Counted from the stretch's first letter, positions 1 through 13,299 are shown. The stretch is DNA of 64,000 nt from Desulfobacterales bacterium (GCA_963668645.2 CAXXWC010000021.1:1120001-1184000); one strand, 5' to 3'. Translations and numbers: made by a program. Notes: generated from the letters alone by a model not told the origin.

Positions 1-451
1 ATCGTAAAAAACGATGAGCAGTGCCAGGTGACACGGCCTCGGTTGCGCGCGAGACAAAGTCCTCTGTGCAGAATGGCAAAGAAAGGTAAGAGTAGTGGTA
101 AGCGCTCACGGGGTATCCCGAAGCTACAATCTCAAAGCTTAACACACTGAATTAAAAAGAAAAATCGCTATAGCGTACTGAAATTTTAAAAAAATGGCTC
201 TTCGCTGTTTCGTCTGGGTGGATTTGGTTTGTGTCGGGAATAAGGCGATAAAATCCCCCAGTGGTGCCATATGCGAGTAGCCGTGACCTGTCGGTGACTA
301 AGCAGCCGTTTGGAATCCATTTTTGCAGCTTTTCAAATTACTGCGTTTGCATGCAGCTATTCAATGACAGGAAATACAAGATCCGCCAGTCTCTCTCTAA
401 GCGGTTTTAATTGTGGAGCATGGCGTTGTACCAACTCTTCGAGCACTTGGT

Positions 452-1228
452 CTAAAATCCCGGAGCTCCGATCTGGCGGGATAATTTCCGGCACAGCATC
501 AACAGCATAGTTTGGATCTGATCGATCCTGGGATCAGTCATTCGGGGGGTAGGACCTGATACGCTTATGGCATAGGACGGCTTGCCCGCATAATCGAACA
601 CCGGCGCCGCTACGCACCGCAAGCCAAGACTCAGTTCTTCATTATCCAGTGCGTAGCCGCGCTGTCGGATTTGGACGGCTTCGGCTTTCAGACGCACTGG
701 ATCGGTTATGGTTTTGGGAGAGATCGCCACCAGTTCGGTTGATTCGAGATAGGCATTGAATTCGGACTCCGGCAAAAATGCCAATATCGCCTTTCCCAGT
801 CCTGTACAGTAAGCTGGAGCAATCGCTCCCATGCCGACGTCGAAGCGTAGGATTTCGGAGCTGTTGATTTTATCAAGATGTACAATCGCTCTGCCGTCCC
901 AGTGCCCCAGGTTAACCGTTTCACCGAAAGCCAGGGCGAGTTCCTGCATAAAAGGATGGGCCGTGTGCCGGATCTCAAAACCATCGAGTTTTTGCATGCC
1001 CAATTCAAGGACCTTGAAAGTCAGCTGGAAACCTCCTCCAGCAGCTCTCTCCACATACCCCAAATCTTTTAATGTCATTAAAAATCGATGCGTTACAGCT
1101 CTACTCGTGTTCATCTGGCCCGCTATTTTGGATGCGGAGACGGCACCCTCGGTAGCGATCCGTTCCAGAATATGCAAGCCTTTAGCAAGGGAGGAGATAA
1201 AATAGTATTTTTCACCTTTGGGGGGCAT
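452..1228 (-). CDS. IclR family transcriptional regulator
   Basis: N-terminal SSLAKGLHILE plus HTH; C-terminal effector domain motifs GETVNLG, CTGLGKAILAF, RGYALDNEE, CVAAPVFD. ATG at 1228 preferred over GTG at 1240. Confidence 0.95.
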   Translation of the reverse strand: MPPKGEKYYFISSLAKGLHILERIATEGAVSASKIAGQMNTSRAVTHRFLMTLKDLGYVERAAGGGFQLTFKVLELGMQKLDGFEIRHTAHPFMQELALAFGETVNLGHWDGRAIVHLDKINSSEILRFDVGMGAIAPAYCTGLGKAILAFLPESEFNAYLESTELVAISPKTITDPVRLKAEAVQIRQRGYALDNEELSLGLRCVAAPVFDYAGKPSYAISVSGPTPRMTDPRIDQIQTMLLMLCRKLSRQIGAPGF

Positions 1229-1610
1229 ACACAACCTCACTCAATGAGCAGATTCGGTAAGAAGAAAGCATTCTGCCTCACTATTTGTGACAATGTATAC
1301 TATATATAGATAAGCTTCGCAGATCCAGGCTGTCAAGCATTTTCAGTGATCAACTTATGACTATGACTTGATAATAAGCACCTTGAAGATTGGTAAATAT
1401 TTACTTCAGATGCCCCGGCTCAGCACTGCAAGGCAGGCGATTCGTTAGTGTCTGGCCAACCGTTCCCCTACCGCGGGGCTCGGTTTTGCGTTATGTCTGA
1501 GGTCTACTGAAGACAGTTTTAGGGGAACCGCTTGCGGTAATCTTCCGCCTTACTTGCCAGCGGCAGTTTTTCGAACAGACAGGTCAGCAAAATTCGACCG
1601 TCACCGTTCA

Positions 1611-3563
1611 TCACTCTTCCCGGCGGTTCAGCTTCTTGGTGTACATCTCAAGCTTCAGGCCGGCAATCATTCCCTTCACCAGGGAGAACCAGCCGGGCGA
1701 ATAGAGGCCCGTGGTGAGCCGGGTGAACAGATCGAGCTTACGCGGGGTGTAAGGAAACCAGTTGGCCTCCAGCTTGGCGCTGTTGGCGTCGATGAGAATC
1801 GACTTGATATTGGCGAAACAGTAAAAGCCGAACTCGCCCTTGTAGCGACCGATGCCACTCTGTTTGGCACCGCCGAAAGGCAACGCGTGGTTTCCTTCGG
1901 TGAGCATCACGTTGTTGATCGAAACGTTGCCGGTCACGATGGCCCTGGCCGTGCGTTCAGCCCGGGACAGGTCGGCGGACCAGACACTGGCCGACAGGCC
2001 GAACCGGCCAGCGTTGGCCAAGTCTACGGCCTCCTGATCGGCGTTGAAGGTCGCGATGGGTAGCACCGGCCCGAAGGTTTCCTCCTGCTCCAGCATCATC
2101 TCCGGCGTGACCCCGACCACCACCATGGGCGGAACCAGGGTCGATTGATCGTCCCACCCGGTCCCGGTGAGCAGCCGGGCACCCTTGGCCCGGGCATCGG
2201 CGATCTGGGCCGCGACCACCTTCACCTGGGCCGGCGATGTCATGGGACCGATGTCGGCCCGCCCGTCGTGATCCGTGGCCTGGATCAACTGCCGGGTGCG
2301 GCGCACCACGGCGGCGGTGAAGGCCTCGGCGATGGATTCGTGAACCAGGACCTTTTCCACCGAGGTGCACGATTGGCCCGTGTTGGTAAAGGCCCCCCAG
2401 ACGGCCCCGGCCGCGGCCCGTTCGATATCGGCGTCCTCGAAAACGATCATCGGGTCCTTGCCCCCCATCTCTAACTCTACCGGGATAAGATGCCGGGCCG
2501 CGCGCTGCATGATCTGCTGCCCGGTGCGGGCGCTGCCGATGAAAAAGATCTTGTCCGGCCGGGCGTCGATGAGCGCATCGCCCATTTCAGCGCCCCGGCC
2601 GTAAACGATCTGGACCCAGTCGGGCCTGAAATCGGCTGCGGTAAGCAGCTCTTCCACCAAGCCGGCAAGAGGGGTCAGATGGGAGGGTTTGTAGACCACG
2701 GCGTTGCCCACCACGAAGGCCAGCGTGATGGGCACGATGGCCTGGTAAAACGGATAATTCCACGGGGAGATGATCAGGGCTGTGCCCAGGGGCTCGAAGT
2801 AGATGCGCGATTTTTTGCCCATCAGGGCCAGGGGGGTGGGCACCTTGCGATCGGCCAAAATCCGCCGGCTCTGTTTGCCCAGGTAATCGAGATGGTCCAG
2901 GGTGCCGAAGATTTCGGCGGTCAGGGCGTCGATGCGCGATTTTCCGGTTTCCTGCTGAATGCGGTCGAGGATCATGGCCTGGCGATCGATGATGATCTGC
3001 TTGAGTTTGGCGATGATCTCGAGGCGTTTTTCCAGGGGCCAGCCGGCGATCTCCCGCTGGGCTTCTCGGGCCCGGACGAAGATGCGCGTGATGTCCGCCG
3101 GGCTCGGGTCCTGAAAGGCGATGGGTTCTGACGGCACCGCGGGCGACGGGTGGTCACCGTCGCGCAGGACGATCCTGGGGTGCCAATCGATGATGTCAAA
3201 CACCTTGGGGCCGCAATACCCCTCGCCAGTGACATTGGCATAATAGAGACTCATGAGGGCCCCTTTGACCCCGATTTCCAGCAGGCGCAACCCGGCCCCC
3301 AGGGTCCCCGGCATCCTTTCGCGGTATGCACAAAGACTGAAGAGCAACCGAATGGCCCAGCGGGGCCACCAGGCGAAAAGGCCGCCGACAATTCTCAACC
3401 CGTCCAGATCGTCCCCGTTGAGATAAGCTGCCAGCCGATCGACGTGATCGAGGCATCCGGTACCGGAAAAGCACGGCGAGGCGTCGGTGCCCGGAATCAG
3501 GACGTCACCGGCTCGCTCCAGGCCGCGCAGTTGTCGCAGGGTGAAGTAGCGTGAAATTTTCAT
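1611..3563 (-). CDS. NAD-dependent aldehyde dehydrogenase with ~140-aa N-terminal extra domain
   Basis: ISPWNYP, KPS, LEMGGKDP, catalytic GQSCTS, EETFGP, PFGGAKQSGIGR. Start ATG 3563 overlaps the GMC stop (ATGA). The track's upstream extension to 3941 overlaps the GMC gene and is rejected. Confidence 0.9.
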   Translation of the reverse strand: MKISRYFTLRQLRGLERAGDVLIPGTDASPCFSGTGCLDHVDRLAAYLNGDDLDGLRIVGGLFAWWPRWAIRLLFSLCAYRERMPGTLGAGLRLLEIGVKGALMSLYYANVTGEGYCGPKVFDIIDWHPRIVLRDGDHPSPAVPSEPIAFQDPSPADITRIFVRAREAQREIAGWPLEKRLEIIAKLKQIIIDRQAMILDRIQQETGKSRIDALTAEIFGTLDHLDYLGKQSRRILADRKVPTPLALMGKKSRIYFEPLGTALIISPWNYPFYQAIVPITLAFVVGNAVVYKPSHLTPLAGLVEELLTAADFRPDWVQIVYGRGAEMGDALIDARPDKIFFIGSARTGQQIMQRAARHLIPVELEMGGKDPMIVFEDADIERAAAGAVWGAFTNTGQSCTSVEKVLVHESIAEAFTAAVVRRTRQLIQATDHDGRADIGPMTSPAQVKVVAAQIADARAKGARLLTGTGWDDQSTLVPPMVVVGVTPEMMLEQEETFGPVLPIATFNADQEAVDLANAGRFGLSASVWSADLSRAERTARAIVTGNVSINNVMLTEGNHALPFGGAKQSGIGRYKGEFGFYCFANIKSILIDANSAKLEANWFPYTPRKLDLFTRLTTGLYSPGWFSLVKGMIAGLKLEMYTKKLNRREE

Positions 3564-4978
3564 GATCGGATGTCCCTCATCATCGTGTCGGCCGCCATCT
3601 TCGAAAGGGCCATGATTGTCAGCGAAGGATTGATCCCCGGTGCGTTGGGAAAAATGCTCGAATCGGCCGCGAAAATGTCCGTATGACCGTGGAGGCTGAA
3701 GTCCGGTGCCACCACGCTGGTGGCCGGATCGGTCCCCATGCGGCACCCCCCCATGAGGTGCAGCCCGATGCCGTAAACGCCGTGGATGATCTCCTTGGCC
3801 CCGGTGGCATTGAAGATCTCGTCGATCACGGTCGTGCCGCGCCGCCACCGGGCCAGGTCCTCTTGGGAACGCGGCTTGCGGATCACGGTGCGCCCCTTGC
3901 GATCGAGGCGGATGCGCCCGGGGGCTGTATCGCGAGTGCACACCTCGATGCAGGCCAGATGGGCCAGCTGTTCCATAATCCCCTGGTGGTGCCTTCCGAA
4001 ACCGTTGATCAACAGGGCAATGGCCCCCGGGCCGGCATAGACGTTTTCCAGCTTGAAGCCTTCCTGGCGAAAACCGGGGTCATCCGACTTGAAGGCCTGG
4101 AATGCGCCCAGGTGGGCTTTGATCGGCCGCTGGTAAAGCCCGAAGTGCATGTACTGGGGGTGGCAGTAAAAATATCTGCCCAGGGCGGGCAGTCGCCGGG
4201 CGAAACCCGAGCGCAGCAGCAGCCGCGTGTTGCCGATGGCCCCTGCGGCCAGGACCAGACGGCGGCCACGGTACTGGACGCGGCCGCCATGCCGGTCCAG
4301 GGCCTGAATGTCGATCCGGTCGCTGCGGCGCACGATCTGGACGACTTCGGTTTCGGGCACCAAGGTCAGTCCGGCTTCGATGGCCCGTTTGAGGACGGTT
4401 TCCGGCGTGCTCTGCTTGCTGCCGATGCGGCAGCCGTTGAGGCACTCGATGCAGCAGTTGCCGTCCTCGTAACGGCAGTCGCGCTGGGCCCGGCGCAGCG
4501 GGGCCAACCGGTAGCCGAGCCGGGCGAACCCCTCGGCGAAGATCTCGGCGTTGGCGTTGCGAAAGGCCGCCGGAATCTCCTGGATCGAAATTTCGGTCTC
4601 GGCCCGCTCGTACCAGGGAACCATGGCCTCGGTGCGAAAAAAATCCACCCCCGAAGCGGTGCGCCAACTATCCAGGGCGTCGTCGTCGAACCGGTCCACC
4701 AGGGCCTGGTTGACCACCGAGCCGCCGCCCACCACCTTGGGCCGCAAAAATGCGATGCGCGCCCGGTCGTCGAGTTCGAGCCCTCCGGACCAGTAAAGCT
4801 GGGCCGTGCCATCCAGATCGTTGGACGGATAGGCATGGCGGGCATAGCGACGCCCGGCTTCGAGCATCAGGCAGTGCAGACCACTTCGGCAAAGGTTCTG
4901 GGCGATAAAAGGCCCCGAGATGCCGGCGCCCACGATGACAACGTCGTAAAGGGTGGGGTGTGGATGAGTCACTGGCAA
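3560..4978 (-). CDS. GMC family FAD-dependent oxidoreductase
   Basis: YDVVIVGAGISG FAD motif, VGGGSVVN, LAAGAIGNTRLLLRSG, HLMGGCRMG, INPSLTIMALS. Start TTG 4978 or GTG 4972. Confidence 0.92.
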   Translation of the reverse strand: MPVTHPHPTLYDVVIVGAGISGPFIAQNLCRSGLHCLMLEAGRRYARHAYPSNDLDGTAQLYWSGGLELDDRARIAFLRPKVVGGGSVVNQALVDRFDDDALDSWRTASGVDFFRTEAMVPWYERAETEISIQEIPAAFRNANAEIFAEGFARLGYRLAPLRRAQRDCRYEDGNCCIECLNGCRIGSKQSTPETVLKRAIEAGLTLVPETEVVQIVRRSDRIDIQALDRHGGRVQYRGRRLVLAAGAIGNTRLLLRSGFARRLPALGRYFYCHPQYMHFGLYQRPIKAHLGAFQAFKSDDPGFRQEGFKLENVYAGPGAIALLINGFGRHHQGIMEQLAHLACIEVCTRDTAPGRIRLDRKGRTVIRKPRSQEDLARWRRGTTVIDEIFNATGAKEIIHGVYGIGLHLMGGCRMGTDPATSVVAPDFSLHGHTDIFAADSSIFPNAPGINPSLTIMALSKMAADTMMRDIRS

Positions 4979-5010
4979 TACCTCTCAGAAGCGGCCGCAG
5001 GGTCACAGGC

Positions 5011-6234
5011 TCATAAAAGAGCCATCCCCTGGCCGCGGTAGGTGACGGCCTCGGCAACAATGCGGTCTGCGGCGACAAGGGCCAGGGTGTTGAAGCGCTC
5101 GCAGAGCTCACCGGCCTTGGCATGCTGGAAAAAAACCGGGTCCCCGGGCACCGGGGCATAAGTGGCACCACCGAGACGCAGGGGAGTCTGCACCTCACCA
5201 GCCCCTTCGATGCCGATGTAGCGCATCCCCGGAGGCATCACCGGCCAGGGCAGCTTTTCCGGTCCCACCTGCCCGGAAGCCACGTATCCGCCGCCGGCAC
5301 AGGTGATCATCCCGGCCGCCGGTACGCGGACCACCTGCAGGGCGAAGAAAGCCGCCGGTTGAAACCGGACCTCGCAAAAATGGCCGAAGAGTCCCGGTGC
5401 AAAAAAAGCCGAACCGGCGCTGACTTCCGTGACGGCCGGATCGGCACCGGTGGACACCAGACTGCCGCTGCCGCCGCCATTGACCGCCCGCAGCCCATGC
5501 CCGGCACCTACCAGGGCGTCGACGATACGCCGCCGCCGGCGGGTGAGCTCCTTGACCGAAAAACGTTTGATCAGGCGCATGAGCCGGTTGTGAAAAGAAC
5601 GGCCGGGCAACCGGTCGTTGACCGAGGCGATCTGGGCCTCGTAGCCCATGACGGCGTCGATGGCCACCCCGTTCAGGGCGGCGGCCGCCTCGGCCAGAAT
5701 GCGCGCCTCCTGCGCGGTGCGCACCGGACTGCGGCGCACCCCCAGGTGGATCCAGGGCCCCAGAGGCCGCCAGGACATATCGATCTCCAGGCAGGCCTTC
5801 AGGGTCACCCCGGCCCTCCGGCCGGCTGCGGCCAGGGCTTCCAGATGGGCCGGGCAGTCGACCATCTGGGAAACCTGGACGCCCCGGCGGGTAAGTTCCA
5901 CCAGCAGGGCCAGGTCCGAGGGCTGGACCGTGGGATAGGCGACGATCAGATCGTTGAATCCGTGGCCGGCCAGAAAGGCGGCTTCCTCAACGCTGAAGGC
6001 GAGGATCCCCTGGTAGCCGGACCCGCCTTTATCGAAGACCCGCTTGAGCAGCTCCAGGCAGCGGATCGATTTGGACGCGACACGGATCTTCTTGCCGGTG
6101 TGCGCTTGGGTGGCCGCCACGTAAGCGATGTTGGCGTCGAAGCGGTCCAGGTCCACCAGCGCCAGGGGAAGACGCCTCCCGGCGATCAGACTCCGGTAGC
6201 GCTGGTAATCCCGGTCCCAGTTCAGAACAGCCAT
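5011..6234 (-). CDS. Fold-type III PLP enzyme (alanine-racemase-like; D-threonine aldolase / amino-acid deaminase-aldolase family)
   Basis: PLALVDLDRFDANI, RVASKSIRC (PLP lysine), MGYEAQIA, NGGGSGS, EVSAGS, EGAGEVQTP, HAKAGELCERF, TYRGQG. Confidence 0.85.
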   Translation of the reverse strand: MAVLNWDRDYQRYRSLIAGRRLPLALVDLDRFDANIAYVAATQAHTGKKIRVASKSIRCLELLKRVFDKGGSGYQGILAFSVEEAAFLAGHGFNDLIVAYPTVQPSDLALLVELTRRGVQVSQMVDCPAHLEALAAAGRRAGVTLKACLEIDMSWRPLGPWIHLGVRRSPVRTAQEARILAEAAAALNGVAIDAVMGYEAQIASVNDRLPGRSFHNRLMRLIKRFSVKELTRRRRRIVDALVGAGHGLRAVNGGGSGSLVSTGADPAVTEVSAGSAFFAPGLFGHFCEVRFQPAAFFALQVVRVPAAGMITCAGGGYVASGQVGPEKLPWPVMPPGMRYIGIEGAGEVQTPLRLGGATYAPVPGDPVFFQHAKAGELCERFNTLALVAADRIVAEAVTYRGQGMALL

Positions 6235-6330
6235 GCGGCCCCTCCCGGATCAACGGAAAATCACACTTTGAACGACGAATCATTGAGTATATGCAAATCA
6301 CCCAAAGCCGGCCGGATGTCAAGGCCGGCC

Positions 6331-9345
<3,015 letters not shown>

Positions 9346-9478
9346 AGCAAGAATCAGCCGTCAAGTTGTAAAATAAGGTCATATACCTTAAGTGCAGCCA
9401 GTTTAAAACAGCAATGGCAAATCTGCTGTTTCATGCCTTGCACCATGGGATTCGCCCTGAAAAGCGTGGTCGCTGGAG

Positions 9479-11008
9479 TCAGTACAGCTCACAGGCCGGC
9501 GGCATCCGCGGTGTAAAACGCCGGGGGCCGGTCATTACCGCGGCACCGAGACGCCGGGCGATAGCCTTTAACATTCCATGGAAAATCAATTCGTGAAAGG
9601 GATAAAGCCCATACCAGTAGATCAGCCCCCACAGCCCGCGGGGTTCGAAGTGGGAGAGCATCGTCAGTTCACTTACCCCGCCGCCCAGATCCGCAATGGA
9701 AAAATCGAGCAGGGCCGGTCCGGGAGTTTTCATCTCGGCCAGCAGCCTCAGCCGGTAAGGGGCGGACAAATCGAGGACGCGCCAGAAATCGAGGGCGTCG
9801 CCCACCTGCAGTGCCTCAGGATGCCGCCGGCCGCGGCGCAGTCCCACCCCTCCGAGCAGCCGGTCGATCAGACCGCGCAGATACCACAACCCGTCGGCAA
9901 AATAGTAGCCCGTGCGGCCGCCAATATGCACTATCATTTCCCACAACCGCTCGGGCGCGGCCCGCAGGCGGATCCGGTATCCACAGCGCAAGATGGTACC
10001 GCCGGCCCAATGTGGATCCCCGCACACGGCCCATTCAGGCGGCCGGAGACAGCCGGCGTCGCTCCAACAGGTTTCCACCTTGTGGGTCTGCTGGCGGCGC
10101 AGCGCCTGGCGGATGGTCTCTCGGGCCGTGGGGGCCTTATAGGGTAGCAACTGCCGGATGCGCCGGTCACGGCAAATCACCGGCACGGCCAGCCCCTGGG
10201 CCAATGGTTGGGCGATGGCGGCCGGCACCGGGGTCACCAGGTGAATCCAGCAGGCCGAAAGGGTCGGGGTGAGCACCGGCACCGGGAAAATCCGCCGCGG
10301 CGCCAACTCTGCCTCCTGGGCGTAGATCTCGATGAGCCGGCGGTAGGAAAGGATCTCGTCGTCACCGATATCAAAGGTCCGGCCCAGAGCCGGGGCAAGA
10401 TCGAGGCATCCTTTCAAATAGTGCAGTACGCTGGTGATGGAAATCGGCTGGCAGGGCGTGTCGACCCAGCGCGGGGTGATCATCACGGGCAGCCGTTCGA
10501 CCAGGTAACGCAGGATCTCGAACGAGGCACTGCCCGCCCCGAGGATCATCGCAGCCCTGAGCACGGTGGTGGGCACCGGTCCGGCGCGCAGGATCTCCTC
10601 GACCTCATGACGCGATCGCAGGTGGCGGCTGATTGCAGGATCTTTCGGATCGCCGAGCCCGGAAAGGTAGATGATCTGTCCCAGACCTGCAGCCTCGGCC
10701 GCGGCGACCATATTGCGGGCGCCGATGCGGTCGGCCTCGGCGTAGCGGCCCTGCTGGGCGATCATCGAATGTACCAGGTAGTAGGCGGCCCGGCATCCGG
10801 TGGCGGCCGCGGTCAAGGCATCACGATCCAGGGTGTCGCCGACGACCAGTTCAACCCCCGGGTCCGCGGCCCAGGTCCGCCCGGCCAGCTTTTCCCTGGA
10901 ACGGCCCATGGCCCGCACCCGATCGCCTGCCGCCAACAACATCGGCACCAGACGACCTCCCACATAACCCGTAGCCCCGGTGACCAACACTGGCTTTGAG
11001 AATTCCAT
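9479..11008 (-). CDS. NAD(P)-binding atypical SDR with C-terminal DUF2867 (YbjT-like)
   Basis: VTGATGYVGGRL, YLVHSM, GAGSASFEILRYLVERLP; C-terminal GDALDFWRV and LRLLAEMK...GLIYWY. Confidence 0.88.
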   Translation of the reverse strand: MEFSKPVLVTGATGYVGGRLVPMLLAAGDRVRAMGRSREKLAGRTWAADPGVELVVGDTLDRDALTAAATGCRAAYYLVHSMIAQQGRYAEADRIGARNMVAAAEAAGLGQIIYLSGLGDPKDPAISRHLRSRHEVEEILRAGPVPTTVLRAAMILGAGSASFEILRYLVERLPVMITPRWVDTPCQPISITSVLHYLKGCLDLAPALGRTFDIGDDEILSYRRLIEIYAQEAELAPRRIFPVPVLTPTLSACWIHLVTPVPAAIAQPLAQGLAVPVICRDRRIRQLLPYKAPTARETIRQALRRQQTHKVETCWSDAGCLRPPEWAVCGDPHWAGGTILRCGYRIRLRAAPERLWEMIVHIGGRTGYYFADGLWYLRGLIDRLLGGVGLRRGRRHPEALQVGDALDFWRVLDLSAPYRLRLLAEMKTPGPALLDFSIADLGGGVSELTMLSHFEPRGLWGLIYWYGLYPFHELIFHGMLKAIARRLGAAVMTGPRRFTPRMPPACELY

Positions 11009-11045
11009 GGAGTCCGTCCTTTGGTATCGGACCGATGGGATAAGA

Positions 11046-11996
11046 TCAGGCGTGATTGCGCAGCTTCAACTCGACCGGATGCGGATCGAGGTAGACTTGA
11101 CCGGCCAGGTAGGCCTGGTCATACTTTCGCACGAAGTGGTTCATCAGGGTGACAGGCACCACCAGGGGCACCAACTCCTGGCGGTAGCGTTCGATGAGGG
11201 TCAGCATCTCCTGCTTCTCATCGGCCGACAGTTCCTTTTTGAAATACCCCAGCATGTGCTGCAACACATTGACGTGCTTTTTGACAGACGGCTTTAGGGA
11301 TAGGGCTTCGAGCAGGCCCTGCTCATAGCGGTCGAAAAGGGCCTCGGACGCCTCTTGGCTCCCGACGGCCACCAGCCGCCCCAGGGCCTTGTAGAAGGTC
11401 GGGCTGTGGGCCATCAAGAGCAGCTTGTGCCGGGTATGGAAATCGACCAGGCGGCCCATGCTCGGCCCTTCCTTCAAGGCCTGACGCCAGCGCTGGAGGG
11501 TAAAGACCCGCTCGATGAAGTTTTCCCTGAGCACCGGATCGTGCAGCCTCCCCTCCTCTTCGGCCGGCACCCGGGCAAAGCGTTCGGTAAAGGCCCGGGC
11601 AAAAATCCCGACTCCCTTTTTCTCAGGCACGCCCTTGTCGTTGTATATCTTGACGCGCATCAGCCCGCTGGAGGGCGAGTCTTTTTTAAAAATGAAACCG
11701 CACAGGTCCTCGCCTTCAAGCCGGTCCAGGCGACGGTGAGCCCAAGCCTGCATCCGCTCGGTATGATCGATCCCAGTGCGCGAGGTCACCAAGCGCGGGG
11801 CGCTGACCTCGCCCACCAGTCGCAGGGTCTCGCGGGGCACGGGCAGGCCACATTCCACCTCCGGGCAGACAGGCACCCATTGGACGAAGCGGCCCAGGGT
11901 ATCGGTCAGAAACGGATCCCTGGCGCCCACACCGTTCCAGCGAACCTTTTGACCCAGCAGACAGGCGCTGATACCGATTTTGATAGGCGATTGCAT
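11046..11996 (-). CDS. DUF523 (2-thiouracil desulfurase-like) + DUF1722 protein (YbgA family)
   Basis: IGISACLLGQKVRW, VCPEVECGLPVPRE, KKDSPSSG, EEEGRLHDP..RENF, FHTRHKLLLMAHSP. RBS GGAGG. Confidence 0.9.
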   Translation of the reverse strand: MQSPIKIGISACLLGQKVRWNGVGARDPFLTDTLGRFVQWVPVCPEVECGLPVPRETLRLVGEVSAPRLVTSRTGIDHTERMQAWAHRRLDRLEGEDLCGFIFKKDSPSSGLMRVKIYNDKGVPEKKGVGIFARAFTERFARVPAEEEGRLHDPVLRENFIERVFTLQRWRQALKEGPSMGRLVDFHTRHKLLLMAHSPTFYKALGRLVAVGSQEASEALFDRYEQGLLEALSLKPSVKKHVNVLQHMLGYFKKELSADEKQEMLTLIERYRQELVPLVVPVTLMNHFVRKYDQAYLAGQVYLDPHPVELKLRNHA

Positions 11997-12068
11997 CCTT
12001 CCTCCGTTGGCCCCCGGATGAATCCTGGCACCTATGGTTCCCTGTCCGGCGCCTTGCCGGGGGACGCA

Positions 12069-12461
12069 TCATTGGCCCGGACCGATGAGGGGCAGCACCC
12101 GATCAACCCGGAAGATCACCAGAAAAAGCGGGCCGGGGTCTGTTTCTCGCAGCATGGCTGTCTGACGCCGCTTGAGTTCGGCGATGCGCGGGGAATCCTG
12201 CTCTTCGGCGATCATGGTCAGGTGCAGGCGCCGTCCGCGGTACCCGTCCCCTTGCTCGCGGAAAAGATAGGCGGCATGGGGATTGGCCTGAAGATTGTGG
12301 TGATTGAGCCGATCACGCATGATCATGGCCAGGGTCCCATCCTCCAGGACATGGGGCCGGGCGTAGACCGCCAGGTTGACCCGGCCCTGGGCATCGGCCG
12401 TGGCCAGGACACCGAAACCGACTGTATGGGCAAAATAATCTTTCAATTCGTCTGGTTCCAT
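12069..12461 (-). CDS. Pyridoxamine 5'-phosphate oxidase-like FMN-binding protein
   Basis: GVLATADAQGRVNLAVYARP, NHHNLQANPHAAYLF, terminal PLIG. ATG 12461 has an AGGAG RBS. Confidence 0.82.
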   Translation of the reverse strand: MEPDELKDYFAHTVGFGVLATADAQGRVNLAVYARPHVLEDGTLAMIMRDRLNHHNLQANPHAAYLFREQGDGYRGRRLHLTMIAEEQDSPRIAELKRRQTAMLRETDPGPLFLVIFRVDRVLPLIGPGQ

Positions 12462-12561
12462 ATCTTCTCTCCTTTGCTGGAACCGCGACGGCGGCGTGTA
12501 CAATCATTCCATCTGCCCCAAAAGGGCGATAAACGATCATTCATTGGCCGTCGTGGTCGGT

Positions 12562-13269
12562 CTAGGAAACTGCTTGCCCGCGCATCCCGGTGCCGGTCTC
12601 GAATCCGGCGATCCAGCCGTCTACGCGCCGTTCGCCGTAATTTCGGCGCCAGGCGGCCACGATCTCCTCGATGGGTACGTCAGCCCGAGAACCGTGGTCC
12701 TTCAGATATTCAATGAAAAGCCGACCGTCATCGGTGCGCAGCGGCAAAATGGCATCTTGGCGTCCGTCGAAGCACACGGGGGCCACCCCCTGACGGGCGA
12801 AAAGCTCGGCGTTAAAAGCCGGGGTCGCCTTGACCCAGCGGCCGTGGAGCCAGAATTCGGTAAAGCCGTGGAACACGAAAAGATCCGTGCCCAGGGTCTC
12901 GACAAGCAGCGGGGTAGCCAGGTGATTGCGCAGGTCGGCGAATCCAAGGCGACTTGCGATCCCAAGGGCCCGTCCCAGGGCGCAGAGCAGCACCGCCTTG
13001 GTCACACAAAAACCGCGGCCGGAAACCAGGGTGGCGCTGGCGCGGTAGTGTGCCGGCCGGTAGAAGGGAACGTAGGGATCGTAGCGGATCCGGTCACGCA
13101 CGGCATAAAAGAGGCTCGCCGCCCGATCGGCCGGCTCGTCTCCAGCCCCCTCGACCGCGGCCCGGGCAAAAGCCGCAACGGCAGGGTGGCCGGCATCGAT
13201 CATGGCCGTGGCCGTCAAAAACGTGGATTCCGGGGCGGCCGCCTCATGCGATGAATCGCTGGGGGTCAT
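12562..13269 (-). CDS. Transglutaminase-like superfamily protein
   Basis: FYAVRDRIRYDPY, GFCVTKAVLLCALGRALGI (Cys), FHGFTE (His), WVKATPAFN. Confidence 0.88.
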   Translation of the reverse strand: MTPSDSSHEAAAPESTFLTATAMIDAGHPAVAAFARAAVEGAGDEPADRAASLFYAVRDRIRYDPYVPFYRPAHYRASATLVSGRGFCVTKAVLLCALGRALGIASRLGFADLRNHLATPLLVETLGTDLFVFHGFTEFWLHGRWVKATPAFNAELFARQGVAPVCFDGRQDAILPLRTDDGRLFIEYLKDHGSRADVPIEEIVAAWRRNYGERRVDGWIAGFETGTGMRGQAVS

Positions 13270-13299
13270 CGTACCGCTCCTCGTGGTTCCAACTGCGTT

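Noticed and set aside
357..452. Protein-like minus-strand stretch (DQVLEELVQRHAPQLKPLRERLADLVFPVIE*) after the IclR stop
   Set aside because: Only about 30 codons, no RBS and no recognisable family; it may be a gene remnant but cannot be supported.
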